A stretch of DNA of 64,000 bases from Somniosus microcephalus (GCA_052327205.1 CM126226.1:40238001-40302000), one strand, 5' to 3'; positions 21,430-34,665 are shown, counted from the first letter of the stretch. Program-made: numbers and translations. The notes: a model not told the origin generated them from the letters alone.

Positions 21430-23157
21430 GAAGGAGTTCCAGGATTTTGGCCCAGCGACAGTGAAGGAACGGCGATACAGGTCCAAGTCAGGATGGTGTG
21501 TGGTTTGGAGGGGAACTTGTAGGTGGTGATGTTCCCATGCGTCTGCTGCCCTTGTCCTTCTAAGTGGTAGAGGTCGCGGGTTTGGAAGGTGCTGTTGAAG
21601 GAGCTTTGGCGAGTTGCTGCAGTGCATCTTGTAGATGGTACACACTGCAGCCACAGTGCGCCGGTGGTGGAGGGAGTGAATGTTGAAGGTGGTGGATGGA
21701 GTGCCAATCAAGCGGGCTGCTTTACCCTGAATGGTGTCGAGCTTCTTGAGTGTTGTTGGAGCTGCACTCATCCAGGCAAGTGGAGAGTATTCCATCACAC
21801 TCCTGACTTGTGCCTTGTAGATGGTAGAAAGGCTTTGGGGAGTCAGGAGGTGAGACACTCGCCACAGAATTCCCAGCCTCTGGCCTGCTCTTGCAGCCAC
21901 AGTATTTATATGGCTGGTCCAGTTCAGTTTCTGATCAATGGTAACCCCCAGGATGTTGATAGTGGGGGATTCAGCAATGGTTATGCCACTGAATGTCAAG
22001 GGGAGATGGTTAGAGTCTTGCTTGTTGGAGATGGTCATTGCCTGGCACTTGTGTGGTGCGAATGTTACTTGCCACTTGTCAGCCCAAGTCTGAATGTTGT
22101 CCAGGTCTTGCTGCATATGGACACGGACTGCGTCAGGATCTGACGAGTCTCGAATGGTGCTGAACAGTTTGCAATCATCAGCGAACATCCCCACTTCTGA
22201 CCTTATGATGGAGGGAAGGTCATTGATGAAACAGCCGAAGATGGTTGGGCCTAGGACACTGCCCTGAGGAACTCCTGCAGTGATGTCATGTGATTGAGAT
22301 GAATGACCTCCAACAACCACAGCCAACTTCCTTTGTGCTAGGTATGATTCCAACCAATGGAGAGTTTTCCCCTTGATTCCCATTGACTTCGGTTTTGCTA
22401 GGGCTTCTTGATGCCACACTCGATCAAATGCTGCCTTGATGTCAAGGGCAGTCACTCTCACCTCACCTCTGGAATTCAGCTCTTTTGTCCATGTTTGGAC
22501 CAAGGCTGTAATGAGGTCAGGAGTTGAGTGGCCCTGGCGGAACCCAAACTGGGCGTCAGTTAGCAGGTTATTGCTGAGTAAGTGCCGCTTGATAGCACTG
22601 TCGACGACGCCTTCCATCACTTTGCTGATGATTGAGAGTAGACTGATGGGACGGTAATTGGCCGGGTCGGATTTGTCCTGCTTTTTGTAGACAGGACATA
22701 CTTGGGCAATTTTCCACATTGCCGGGTAGATGCCAGTGTTGTAGCTGTACTGGAACAGCTTGGCTAGGGGCGCAGCTAGTTCTGGAGCACAAGTCTTCAG
22801 TACTATTGCCGGAATGTTGTCAGGGCCCATAGCCTTTGCAGTATCCAGTGTCTTCAGCCATTTCTTGACATCACGTGGAGTGAATTGAATGGGCTGAAGT
22901 CTGGCATCTGTGATGCTGGGGACCTCAGGAGGAGGCCGAGATGGATCATCCACTCGGCACTTCTGGCTGAAGATAGTTGCAAATGCTTCAGCCTTGTCTT
23001 TTGCACTCACGTGCTGGGCTCCACCATCATTGAGGATGGGGATATTTTTGGAGCCTCCTCCTCCTGTTAACTGTTTAATTGTCCACCACCACTCACGACT
23101 GGATGTGGCAGGACTGCAGAGCTTTGATTTGATCCGATGGTTGTGAGATCGCTTAGC
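21430..23157 (-). pseudogene. LINE reverse transcriptase region, uninterrupted for about 575 codons
   Basis: LINE-derived part of ORF 21289-23316 (AKRSHNHRI...KSWNS); no endonuclease domain; probable frameshift near the C-terminus. Confidence 0.85.
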
Positions 23158-24565
23158 TTCAAGACCGCTACCATTATTCCTGTGCCAAAGCAAACGGCTG
23201 TGACGTGCCTGAACGACTATCGACCTGTCGCACTCACACCCATCATAATGAAGTGTTTCGAGAGACTGGTCCTGGCTCACATCAAAGCCAGTGTTCCCGC
23301 CTCTCTTGACCAACACCAGTCTGCCTATCGTGCAAACAGATCAACGGAGGATGCAATCACAACTGCTCTACACTCTGCACTGAATCACTTAGATGGTAAA
23401 GAGACCTACATCAGAATGCTGTTCATAGACTACAGCTCAGCATTCAACACTATCATCCCCAACAAGCTGGCCACCAAACTCCACACTCTTGGCCTGAACA
23501 CTTCCCTCTGCAACTGGACCCTGGACTTCCTAACAGAGCCCAGTCTGTCAAATTAGGTAACCACACCTCCCCCCCCCTGACCCTGAACACGGGGGCCCCA
23601 CAAGGATGTGTGCTGAGCCCCCTCCTCTACTCCCTCTTCACCCACGACTGTGTGGCTGTTCATGGTTCCAACACCATCATCAAGTTTGCGGATGATACCA
23701 CGGTAGTAGGCCAGATCACGAACAACGATGAGTCAGCCTACAGGGAGGAGGTCCAGCATCTCGCGAAGTGGTGCGCCGATAACAACCTGGCCCTTAACAT
23801 CAAGAAAACCAAAGAAATCATTGTGGACTTCAGGAAGTCTAAAGGCGGAAGTCACACCCCCATCCACATCCATGGGGCTGTGGTGGAAAGGGTGGACAGC
23901 TTTAAGTTCCTCGGAGTCTACATCACGGAAGACCTCTCCTGGTCCCTCAATACCTCCTCTCTGGTGAAGGCCCAGCAGCGCCTATATTTCCTAAGGAGGC
24001 TGAAGGGATGTAACCTGTCACCCCTGATCCTCTCTAACTTTTACCGCTGCACAAGAGAGAGCATCCTGACGAACTGTATCACAGTATGGTATGGCAGCTG
24101 TAGCTACTATGACCGGAAAGCCCTGCAGCGGGTAGTCAAAACTGCCCAACGCATTACCAGCACCCGGCTACCGACCATAGAGCACATATACCAGAAACGC
24201 TGTTTACGGAGGTCACGGACCATCATCAAAGACCCTACCCACCCCAGCCACAGTCTGTTCGCCCTCCTGCCATCTGGGAGACGCTACAGATGCATTCGCA
24301 CCCGAACGACCAGATTTAGGAACAGCTTCTTTCCCAGGGCGGTCATCCTACTGAACTCCACAAATAAACTCTAAAGCCTGCACATCTGCCAATGCACTTT
24401 ATTATGGTTATGTTTATGTTAATGTATTACAAGCCAAATGAATGTTGAATGTTTAAATGTCTTAATCTAAATGTACACTCTCGGGAGCCGCAAGCCTACA
24501 TTTCGTTGTACTGCACTTGTGCACTAACAATGACAATAAAAGTTGATTATGATTATGATTATGAT
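23158..24565 (+). mobile_element. Rex1/Babar-type LINE, 5'-truncated
   Basis: [58 protein letters not shown]; stop at 24372-24374; AATAAA at 24535; (GATTAT)3 tail; frameshift near 23540. Confidence 0.92.
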
Positions 24566-26369
24566 CGCATGTTGCTTCCGTTGTTTGGCATGCAAGTAGT
24601 CCTGTGTTGTAGCCTCACCAGGTTGACACCTCATTTTTCGGTATGCCTGGTGCTGTTCCCGGCATGCTCTCCTGCACTCTTCGTCACACCACATCAGCAA
24701 CTTTGTCTGTGTTTAACTTGTTCAGTAGTGTCCTTGTGGCTCGCTGTATTAGTGGTCTAATACTGACATCACATATTGTTTACCATATCGTCCTTTTTCG
24801 TTCTTAAATTGTATTGCTCCCATTTCTCTTTTTTCAAATAAAATGTCCTTACTTAGTTGGTTAATAAAACAGGAATATAAATTGTGGTTTTTATTCTTAC
24901 TATATTTTATTTATATATTTTAAAAATATATTTACACACACATCTTTGTAATTTCCTCGAAATCTACATCTGTTTTTACTGAGGTGTCACACCCAAACAT
25001 AAACTTTCATTGGCTGCACCTAACATGCAATGCCATCGGTATAAATTGAAATGTCCGTTGACACCATACTGGAAATATTTGGTTTAAATCCAGATGCAAT
25101 AAGGCTACTAGGTCAAAGGGTTAGAAGTCTCTGGGGGTCAGATAGTACAATTCAAGGCTGAATAAAAAGATCTTTATTAACATTTGCAAGCTCATGGAAT
25201 GTTGAACATTTTGAACACTCCACAAATGATGTCATTAACATCGAAGTTCCTTCTGTAAGAAAATAGTAATTTAGGGAAATTTACTCCCAGAATAAAAAAG
25301 AGAGAGATTTCCAATAACACATCTAGACTGCGAACCATATGGCATGGAATTAGTCAGAATCATATGGTGCAATTACTTATTAGGCTAATTCACAACATTC
25401 ATCTTAGTTTAAAGATGATTACAATACTTAAATAATCTGTTTTTCTGCAGCAACTAAAGCGTTACTTCTGAACCTTTAACGGCAGTGCCAGTAAGAAGAC
25501 TGCTCAATACTTCAGCAGGATATACACTGCATTATGGAGTACACAAAACTGATATGAATTGAATTGGCTGCTCGCTGTGTTTTTAATTCAGAATTAAGTC
25601 TGAATTGAACAACACTCCCACATTTATACCGCTTCTTGAATCTGAAACAAATATCTATCTAAAGGCAGCTTTTTTTCCCCCTTCTTAACTTTTCAGTCCT
25701 TACTGGGTCAAACTGAGTGCAGTGCGTTCATGGTGACAGACTATCCATATCGCCAGCCTGTCTGAGATGCAATGAGCAAACACAACCACTCTAACAGCCA
25801 ACACTTGGCAATGCCTGAGGCAGGCGGGCAGGCAGGCAAGCAGGCATTCCGATACGAAACCTGCTTTGAATGTACAGCTGCTTTTTTGGTTGATCTGTAA
25901 ACAGACCCTATAAAAGGTCTGAAACCTGAACTCTGCTTGAAAGGAACTGGAAGGTGTCAGTCACTACTTTTTGTGTGGTAGTGGGGGTGGGAAGAATGAG
26001 TTCAATACAGCCAGCCCCATCTTGAAGTGGTGCAGTGATTCACACTCTAAAACACGGATCATATTTCTATCCATTTCACTTCAGTTTCTTTCTTAATCTG
26101 GCACTTGAAATGTTTCCCTCCATAGCAACCGACATAACAGTGGGTCTAGGCCAAAGTGTAGCTAGACAAATAGTGCTCATCTCTCAGTAGCAGATGATTT
26201 AGGATTTTTTTGAACAATATATAAAAGGAACTGGCCTAAGACTGCCAACTCACACGACTTGAAAAGAACTTCATTCTTTTAATCCTGAAAGATCTCCCGT
26301 TGCATTGCAAAAATATCACAAACTTTTTTTGTAATCCCTTCCTACCCTCTCACCCCCCCTCCCCCAGTG

Positions 26370-26700
26370 AATATTAAAAGGGGGCATTGCTGACAGAAAT
26401 TTCCAGAAACTAGGCCAAACATTCCTGTGAGTAAACAAGCCACCCACACACTATTTAAGATGGCGACATACTGCGAGTCCCTTAGAATCTTTTCAATTAG
26501 GCCAGTTTTTAAGTCTAGTGTAAACAGTGTGATCTTCTGATAGATTGCACAGTTTAAACCGTTCAAATGCAATGTCAGTGAAAAGATTATGACAGGCTTG
26601 TAATCATTTTCCATCTGAGAACCACTGCAACTTGTAATAAAAACAGTCACATCCTCACGAGAGCAACGATGTCCCAGTGAAACTTCCAGAATGGAACTGT
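26370..26700. promoter_or_regulatory. Candidate cis-regulatory block
   Basis: Non-repeat sequence with a YY1-like aagatggcg (26457), two forkhead gtaaaca and a TEAD-like cattcct; motif evidence only. Confidence 0.3.
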
Positions 26701-28549
26701 AGCTGGGTGGTAACCCGTGCCCCCCCCGCCACCCCCCCCCCCAAAAGAGATCTCGTAGCTAATCAGCGTTGGATGGATAGATGACTATCTTGGGTATACT
26801 AAATAGGATTGCCCATAATACAGAAACTGTAAAAAAAATTCCCTTCTGTAACATACCCCTCACTAAAGCACTCTTTTTGTATGGCTTCCGAACACAGTAT
26901 TCAGCCGTTTTAATTTGGGTTCTATTAGCCCGGCCTGCGTGAGCTGGCTCTCAGCGATGGATCTGCTAAATCCACTCACTCCCTTATCCCGTTGGAAGAT
27001 TCGTAGAAGACCCACAACAAAAACTGCATCTACAGGGGTCTGCCACTGGGATGGGGGAGTTGGAACAGCTGTGCATGTGCAAAAAGCTGGCTTGTGGATG
27101 CTCATCTCCCAGAATTCCAGCTTCAATAAAACCACTGTAAAAGTGACTTTAGGCAGTTTGCCTTTGGAGTTACAAATGACCACGGTGACCACTGCATCCA
27201 ACCTATGACAACCTGTTTCGTTGGAGTTCAGGGCCAACATGACACACCTTTGGCCATCAGACAGTTTGGCTCGGTAAGTAATTAAACCTTCCACCAAAGA
27301 AAAAAGTTTTATTCTAAGGGTAAGACAGTGTGTTTTGCTCATGGGCAAGTGTGATTTTTCCTAATTGTTGTTTGATGCTTAGCATTGGCTTAAGTCAAGC
27401 ATCTGTTGAAAATAAAGATTTATATAATATCTGACAATACTTGGTATTTTAATGAGAAACTATTATTTTGGGCTGATTACAAGGGTACACTGCATTTACA
27501 TGACAGAATTGCTTCAAGAGGATTTTGTCATATGCTGACCCTCCGGTACTGTTTATAATACACATCACTAAAAACAACAGATAACTGTGTGTGTACAAGC
27601 TTCACAATGCACAGTTTTTTGAAAGTCAAGACAGGCAACTTAATTTCTGGCTGTGGGACTGTTCCAGTCCTGCCAGATCCATTCTTGCATGGGTGGGCTG
27701 AGTGAACAGCATGCTCATAGCAAGACAAAATGGTGGCCCGCGATGCCTGCTGCAGCATTTACACTGCTGCTTCTAAAAGTACCGGAGATTCCGTTTCATT
27801 ATGTGGGTCTTGACTCCACCTGTGCCAGAAGTGCCGCCTTGTTTGCTCTACAGCACTGCTTATGAAGTCAAGGTTGCATTGGCAAAAGCATTGTAAAGAA
27901 CACGCGACCCAAGATTTTTTTTTAAAAACAAATCCCCAGGAGGCTGGTTAAAAAGGTTGACATTTCAGGGGAAATGGAAGAGCTTCTTTTCCAGTCAGGA
28001 TACTAAGTGGAAAAGAACTCCTGACTCTATTTGGGCTAGACAGCTTCTGACACATACAGTAATATTTAGGTTTGCATCGCCAGATTGTGTACCAATTCTT
28101 GGCTAGCTCTGTCTTCTAGGCAAGAACAGCGAATGGGGAAGTACATTCCACTGATGTAGTTTAACTGGTCACACCCGAACACTTATTAGTGTCGCTTGAT
28201 TGTTCCTTGTTAGAACAGTTTCAAAGCAAAGGTTTGCTAAGAGATAGCCTGAGAGTAGACATCTTATAACTTACCATGCTTTAATACCATGAATGGAAAT
28301 GGTGGGCTGTGGATAGCACTTCCTTCCCATTTCTATCATCGCTGGAACAAAACTTGTGGCAATTCAATAGAAACATTTTGCTTTTAAGAATAGTTCAAAA
28401 GGAGGACTATTATCTAAAATCTATAAGCTGCACAACTTTTCATGGGTTTACAGAACTTATAAGACCTAATGACAATTAAGGGAGACAATTATTTCAAAAG
28501 TAACAGGCTGTTGGTCTACAGTAAATCACCTGTCCCTTGTAGAACACAG

Positions 28550-29030
28550 ACGATTTTCATTTAATTAATTTCAGAGTCAACCACAGGTAAATGGGCGAGC
28601 AGCCACCCACCTGAAACAGGTGGGACGCTGCTTAAATATGCAAATCGGGTCTACCTTGAAGGGACGGCTGGAGGTTGGTCATAAAACGTAATTTTTTCCT
28701 GGCCCAGGAAACGTAACTTTTTGTGGTCCCAGTAGGCACACAGGGCACCTGAAAAATACCTTTGTCCCACTGCTGGCCTGTTTGAGGTCCCCTCCCCCTA
28801 AGACCTGACCTGCTGGCCAGCTCAGCATGGTAGCCCGTCAATTCCCCACCCTTCCCAGAACCAGCAACTTGCTGCGGGATGCCCACTTGGTGCCAGCAGC
28901 TCACTGGCAGCATGCTAATGAGACCCGGTACCTCAAAACGGCTCAGACCTCACGAACGGACACACCTCGCCCATTTCATGCGCTGCTTTTAAATCACACC
29001 GAGCGGCGTACTAGTGTGGGGGGCATCACA
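28550..29030. mobile_element. Decayed GC-rich DNA-transposon-like insert
   Basis: GC-rich island with hairpins cccacctg/caggtggg and tgccag/ctggca resembling the MITE style; ends not resolved. Confidence 0.4.
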
Positions 29031-29039
29031 ATGAGCTAA

Positions 29040-29215
29040 TCCTGTCCTCGACTGATGTCCAATCGCGTACATTTTCCAGCAGGGCTCACTGAATAGCAAT
29101 CAAGAGTGGGAACCGCTGTGAGGGCGGCTATAGCACCACTGCTGCTGCTAACTCAGCACAGACCAGTGTTTGAATTTGGGATCCGCATGGTTCAGCTACC
29201 CATTAACTCACTGAT
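29040..29215 (-). repeat. Old SINE family A fragment
   Basis: tcctgtcctc...tttccagcagggctcactgaatagcaatcaagagtgggaacc...actcagcacagacca. Confidence 0.55.
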
Positions 29216-31083
29216 TAACATGGGGAATCCCACAAAACAAAATGTCATGAAAAAATTCCACTTTGGCTTAGATGTCAACTCTTTCCCCCCCGCCCCCCAC
29301 ACCACCCCCCACCCCGGCTTACCTTGCACACACCCACTTAATAAATATTTGAACAGAAACATTTTTAAAGTAACATATACTTTGTTTCAGAAATCATTTA
29401 ATGCATCTGCCTTGTATTTTTTTTAATCTCGGAGATGCAACAACTCAGAGCTTTTAAATATTTTATGAGCAACACACAGGGTACATCAGTTCTTTGCACT
29501 GTAGACATGTGTAAGGATTACTGCTGTTAAAATTTTTATGCTGGTTCTGGTAAGATTTATCTCTTCCAGCTAGTACTAACCAAACAATTCCACACAATAA
29601 GCTTTCTACTTTTATGGAGGGTGTCTTACCAACAGTACTTCATTTAAAAACCAATCAAGTGAAATAATTCTACAAGGATAAAAAAATCTTGTGTTGCGAT
29701 TGATTTTTTGAGGGGGGGGATTTTTATTTCAACAGCGAGTGTTGATGGTGCTATCAGGGAAATGGCCTTGTACAAAATACAAAACCTCAATGGTGTGTGC
29801 GGGAGCTGGACAATATCAGAAGACACGCCAGGGCAACGATGTCACCACATTCAACTTAAATGAAAATACTGAGAAAAAAGTGTTATACATGCAAAATAAG
29901 ATCTAGGGTTAAGGATAATTCTTTGTAACAGTTCAATTTCTCTTTAAAAGTATAATTTACTGTAATATCTCTGGATTAATTGTGGTGAAATTAGAGTTAC
30001 AGTTATTCCAACATTGTTATTTCTTTAGGGAAAGGAATGGAAAGTTAATAAATCTTTCAAATCAGACATTTTAGCAATTGTCCATACTTTTAATTCCACA
30101 AGGCACACGATGCTAGTAAAATCAGATCACAATGCAAAGATACAGTTTGCTTGCTTCGAGCAAAGAAATCCCAGTAAATTTTAAACCTTTAGCTCACCAT
30201 AGCATACATACAAAGACATTTTAAAACATTTTTTTTATTGTATATTTTTTCCTAAAAGATGCATGTTATTTCAACTAGTAGGTTTGCTATTTAGTTAACG
30301 GAAAAAGACACTCAAGAACTGGAATGTGGAAGAGTTTTGAAAACTCCATGCCACCACCATTTGACATTTTCATGGTCACTAGAAATTTTACTTGTGTCCT
30401 TTATATCCAACTAGGAACCTCGTCAATTCTATCAGAACAAACTAGTTTCATACCGCTTACACCCAGACCGACATTTGTTGCAAGTAATTAGAGTAGTTAA
30501 GGAGTTAAAATCATCCTCTATTCCCCATCCCTTTTTTTTTGCTCAAGAGTGCAAGTTTTCCTTTCATGGAATGAAAACAATGACCCTGTAAAACAAAAGA
30601 CACAGCCCAAGACCAGCTGGCATTCAGGCAGCTTGGAGAATATAAAGAAGGCAGCTTAAAAATAAATCCTTTGGCCTGTGCCAGGACAGAGGCGGTTTTG
30701 TCTGCTTGGATTGTTACCTTGTCTGTTATTTTTTTGAGGCAATCTTGGAAGAACAAGAAATGGTGTTTATTTTTGTCCTTTCTGTTAGGGCCCTAAGGGA
30801 GAGCAGCTTTTTAATTATGTTCTGGTACATTCCGTTTCAGGTTTGCTTCCAAAATTCTTCAGACAAAACAACTCAATTTGGTTGGTGAAGATCATTTTAT
30901 TAAATTCTGTATGTTCCTCCCTGCCCCCCCCCCCCATATATATAATACAACACCGTTCAAAGGCTCTCAGGATATGCAAACAACATTAAAGTGACAATGT
31001 ATTTAAACCTTGCCCTTCCCCCCCCCACTCCCCCCGCCCCCAACGTATTTCCTGTGGAAAAAAATGCCATAAACAATAAAACA

Positions 31084-31530
31084 ATGGCTCAGTGGGAAAA
31101 AGCCAATGCTTGACATGGTATCGAGCCATATTGATTCAGAAGTTCTCAGGTGTTATCTTTAGTCTGTTCTCGGTTAGCTGGTTGCAGCCTGGCCACTCCA
31201 ACTGTGAATCTCCTTTTCCCATTCCCACTAAAGCCCCACCAAGACACAGTTGCCTTCCTGCTCAGGCCCCCCACACACCCACCGGGTAGTTGCTGCCATC
31301 CGATTCCCTCCCAGCCACAGCCTTAGGCCTCACCGCCTCCCCACTCGCTCCAAGTCCAGAACTACAGCACCCTCCCTATCCAGTGACCCATGCTTGGGGT
31401 ACATTGGGTGAGGATTGTCTCATCTGTGACGCATCCACAAGCCTTTCGTATAGTCAAGGCTCATACTTGAATGATGGGCACTTGGGTAAGCTATCGAAAG
31501 GCACATGGAACTGTACCTGGAAAGGAAGGA
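31084..31530 (+). repeat. Old SINE family A with a rearranged or replaced middle
   Basis: Head atggctcagtggg...gagccatattga; 3' half ctatccagtgaccc...gggtgaggat...ggctcatac...atgggcacttggg. Confidence 0.5.
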
Positions 31531-33433
31531 AATAATTTCAGAAGAGAAGCGGTTGAAAGTTGATGAGAACATTTATTAAGGATAACAAAACTATTAAACT
31601 AGGTTCACTGCACTGTGCTGCCATTAGCATCACAGAACCTGGATGTGTTTTGGTAAACAAAGTTATAAAGCAAATTTGCATGGAAGCCAAAGTTGGAATA
31701 CTTAAATGGACTATTTTAAACCTAAGCAGACTTGGTTCGTAAATCATCAAGTTAGTCCTTCATGGGCACAATAACTGCATCAATGCTTCAACAAAATGTT
31801 CATTGTATGGCATCAGTCCAGAGTTAAGTTTGATTTCTATCCATGTGACATATCAGCACAAAATCACTGCATACCGACAACACTAGCAGTAACTCATCAA
31901 GCTACTGAACAATTTAAGCTTGTACCCTCAATGGAAGCCACTGAAAACCATAAAAATGCTTCACAGGATGCCATTCACTTTAACTGAGGCTTTTTTCTGG
32001 TATGTACGAAGGTGTGCTCGTTATATAGTACACAGTTAAGACAAGCTTTTTAAAAATTCTCTGATAACTTTTTCTGGCAAAGGATGTCTGCAACCCACTT
32101 TTTTAATCACTTTGACATTGTTATTAGATTTGGTAACAAAATGAATAAATACAATAATACCATGTTTTTAGACAGATAAATTCAACTGCATTGATTCCAA
32201 AGTATAGTATTTAAACATATTACCGGGACATGGGAAGGTATCAGTCAATAATTTTTGATTTTTTTTTTCTTTATACATTTTTTTTTAAGGATCCTTATTT
32301 TTATTGTTTTCAGTTGGGTAGAGGAAAGGGAGTGGATCGGGGTGAACATTTTCCTTTGACCTCTCATTCCTCCCTGTGGAGCATATTATATGTATATTAA
32401 AATTCACACCATACATTGCGGAGACAAGGTTTTCTCCATTTTGGATTCCTTAAGTTCCTTTTATCATTTCCTGCAAACCTGTCTTGCCCCCTCTGTCTGT
32501 AGCCTCCTCTACTTAAGAGCACTTCCTGATGCTGACAGGTTGGCCATGGGGAGTGCAGGCACCCTGCAACCCTTCACAAAGGAAATTAACAGTTTCACGC
32601 TGATTTTTTTTGCACTTTTCATGCACTATTGTTCTTTCAATCCTTACCTTTTGGATATTCAAATTTAATTTTGGAGCCTTAAAAAAGATTACAAGTCAAG
32701 TTGTTAGTCTCAACCCCTAACATAACACCGTCATGCTCACTGATAGCTCCAGACACCAACTCTGGATTGCTCAATACATTAATGTATCTGCATAGTCACC
32801 ATGTAGAGAACAAGGAATATTTAAGAGTGCATTTCAGTGGTATCACGATTAAACATTCAGAGCACCTTAATTAACTGCTTGAACTTTGCTCTTCTGATTA
32901 TGTTATTTGAAACCCTTAAAAACACTAGTGCTTTGAAACTTACTCTCCCAGCTATCCTTTTTTTTTAGTAATACAAGGCTACTGTGAAATTAATTATCGT
33001 AGCCGTTACCTGACAGTGAACAAGGTTAGCAGATTTTATCACACCTTTTACTTGGTCAGATTTCTACAGCAGTGTGACACTGATGTACTGTTGCACTGAT
33101 CTGCCGCATAACTGCAATCTGTTCCCATGAAAAAAAAGTGTCAGGGCTATCACTTCACTAACACCAATACCTTCCTTGCTGATCATTATCTCCGAGTCGA
33201 GTGTGTAGTCAGTACAAGACCTACTTCTGCACATTTCACTGTAGTCTCTTGGTACTGTCACAATTAGCAAAAGAAAAAGCACAAGAAAGGGTTGGAGTAG
33301 ATCTATTGTACTAAAGGAAGATGCTGACATTAAAAGTGATGATATATTTTGAATAGCATTAAAAACATTTACCAAATATAAAAATTATTTTAGATTATAC
33401 CGAAAAACTGAATTTTGAAAGCAAGGAATTATA

Positions 33434-33858
33434 GGGAACAGTAGCATAATGGTTATGTTACTGGACTACTAATCCAAAGGCCTGGACGAATGATCCGGAG
33501 ACATGAGTTCAAATCCCACCATGGCAGCTGGGGAATTTAAATTCAGTTAATTAAATAAATCTGCAATAAAAAGCTAGTATCAGTAATGGTGACCATGAAA
33601 CTATCAGATTGTCATAAAAACCCAGCTGGATCACTAATGTCATTTAGGGAAGGAAATTTGCTGTCCTTACCTGGTCTGGCCTATATGTGACTCAAGAGAA
33701 GTGCCCTCTGAAATGGCCTAGTAAGCCACTCAGTTGTAACAAACCGCTACAAAAAGCAATAAGCACCACAAGGATTGCAGCAGTTCAAGAAGGCAGCTCA
33801 CCAGCACCTTCTCAAGGGCAATTAGCGACGCCCACATCTCATGAACGAATAAAAAAAA
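33434..33858 (+). repeat. tRNA-headed SINE-like element sharing its 3' tail with the 21279 LINE
   Basis: A box tagcataatgg; B box gagttcaaatccc; tail tgcagcagttcaagaa...ttctcaagggcaattag...cgacgcccacatctcatgaacgaataaaa matches the reverse complement of 21279-21400. Confidence 0.8.
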
Positions 33859-34102
33859 TTCTCTTTCCTCATGGAGAAAATCTGGCAAATTTCGTGACTG
33901 CAGTTGGAATTGGTTGCCTGCTTAAGTCAGATTGAAAGACTATATTAGAAAAAAAGACAGTAAAATCATTGTATTTTAAGTAAATTTAGACTATCCCGAT
34001 GGTCCTGTGAAAATGATAGGATTGGCAAGATGAAAGAACAGACTTCAGTCAGGTAAAGTATTCTGAAAATGGCTCTTATCTATATTTCTGAACAAAGCCA
34101 TC

Positions 34103-34253
34103 GGGGATAATTTTAACCTAATTCGCCGGGCGGGAAACTCACCGGATCAAGTGGCAGTAACTTCAATGGAGTAAAACTGGGCGGGGTGTAAATCCAGTGT
34201 TGCACCAAATCCCGTCAGTTTTCTGACGGAAGAGTTAGGTCAAAATTGCCCTC
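34103..34253. mobile_element. Short foldback MITE
   Basis: TIR ggggataattttaacctaa / ttaggtcaaaattgccctc. Confidence 0.7.
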
Positions 34254-34314
34254 ATATTGTTGAATTTTAATTTTAAAAGTTAAAGCCCCCTTGAAATTTA
34301 CATTTGCTTTAATA

Positions 34315-34640
34315 TCTTTTCCTCGCCATTTTTCCCCCCAGCCTCCTCTCTCCTGAAGGCATTGCCTAATTACTGGTGCGGAGCTCCACAGGCACCAGAA
34401 CATCACCCATTAGTTACATGAGTGGAAGCATGCTTTGACTTGGGGTGGGTGGGAGTCACTGTCGATCAAAATTCTATCCTCGCCCAATGTTCACACATAT
34501 GCATTTGCAGCAGGTGTTGTGAATAGCGATCAGGAGCTGGGGCCATGGCCACAGTGGCAAATTATAGCCTCCCTATTGCTGTCTTGGAGGAGATTGGTTA
34601 GCTGAGCAGGCATGAGTTCAAGTCTTAACCTATCCAGAAA
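34315..34640 (-). repeat. Old SINE family A
   Basis: atcctcgcccaatgttcacacatatgcatttgcagcagg...aatagcgatcaggagc...ggcaaattatagc. Confidence 0.55.
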
Positions 34641-34665
34641 TTTCACAATCATTTTTGGACACTTT

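Larger units (their letters stand above)
21279..24683 (-). mobile_element. CR1-group LINE (second, non-HER1 family), 5'-truncated, interrupted by Rex1
   Basis: A-rich 3' end at 21279; RT motifs ANYRPISLL, QFGFR, LDIKAAFDRV, GVPQGSVLGP, FADDC; LINE sequence resumes at 24566-24683. Confidence 0.88.
17768..24700 (-). repeat. Old SINE family A copy split into three pieces (17768-17843, 21017-21278, about 24684-24700)
   Basis: gtgtgagcctaaacactg joins ggtgtcagcaggctatttgacc across the MITE; ctgcgtatctcag plausibly joins accacatcag across the LINE. Confidence 0.6.

Noticed and set aside
21589-23146. Plus-strand ORFs overlapping the LINE RT
   Set aside because: Antisense shadows of the RT frame.
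26863-27348. 161-aa minus and 97-aa plus ORFs as host genes
   Set aside because: No known motif or homology recognised; only the donor-terminated short frame is kept, as a low-confidence finding.
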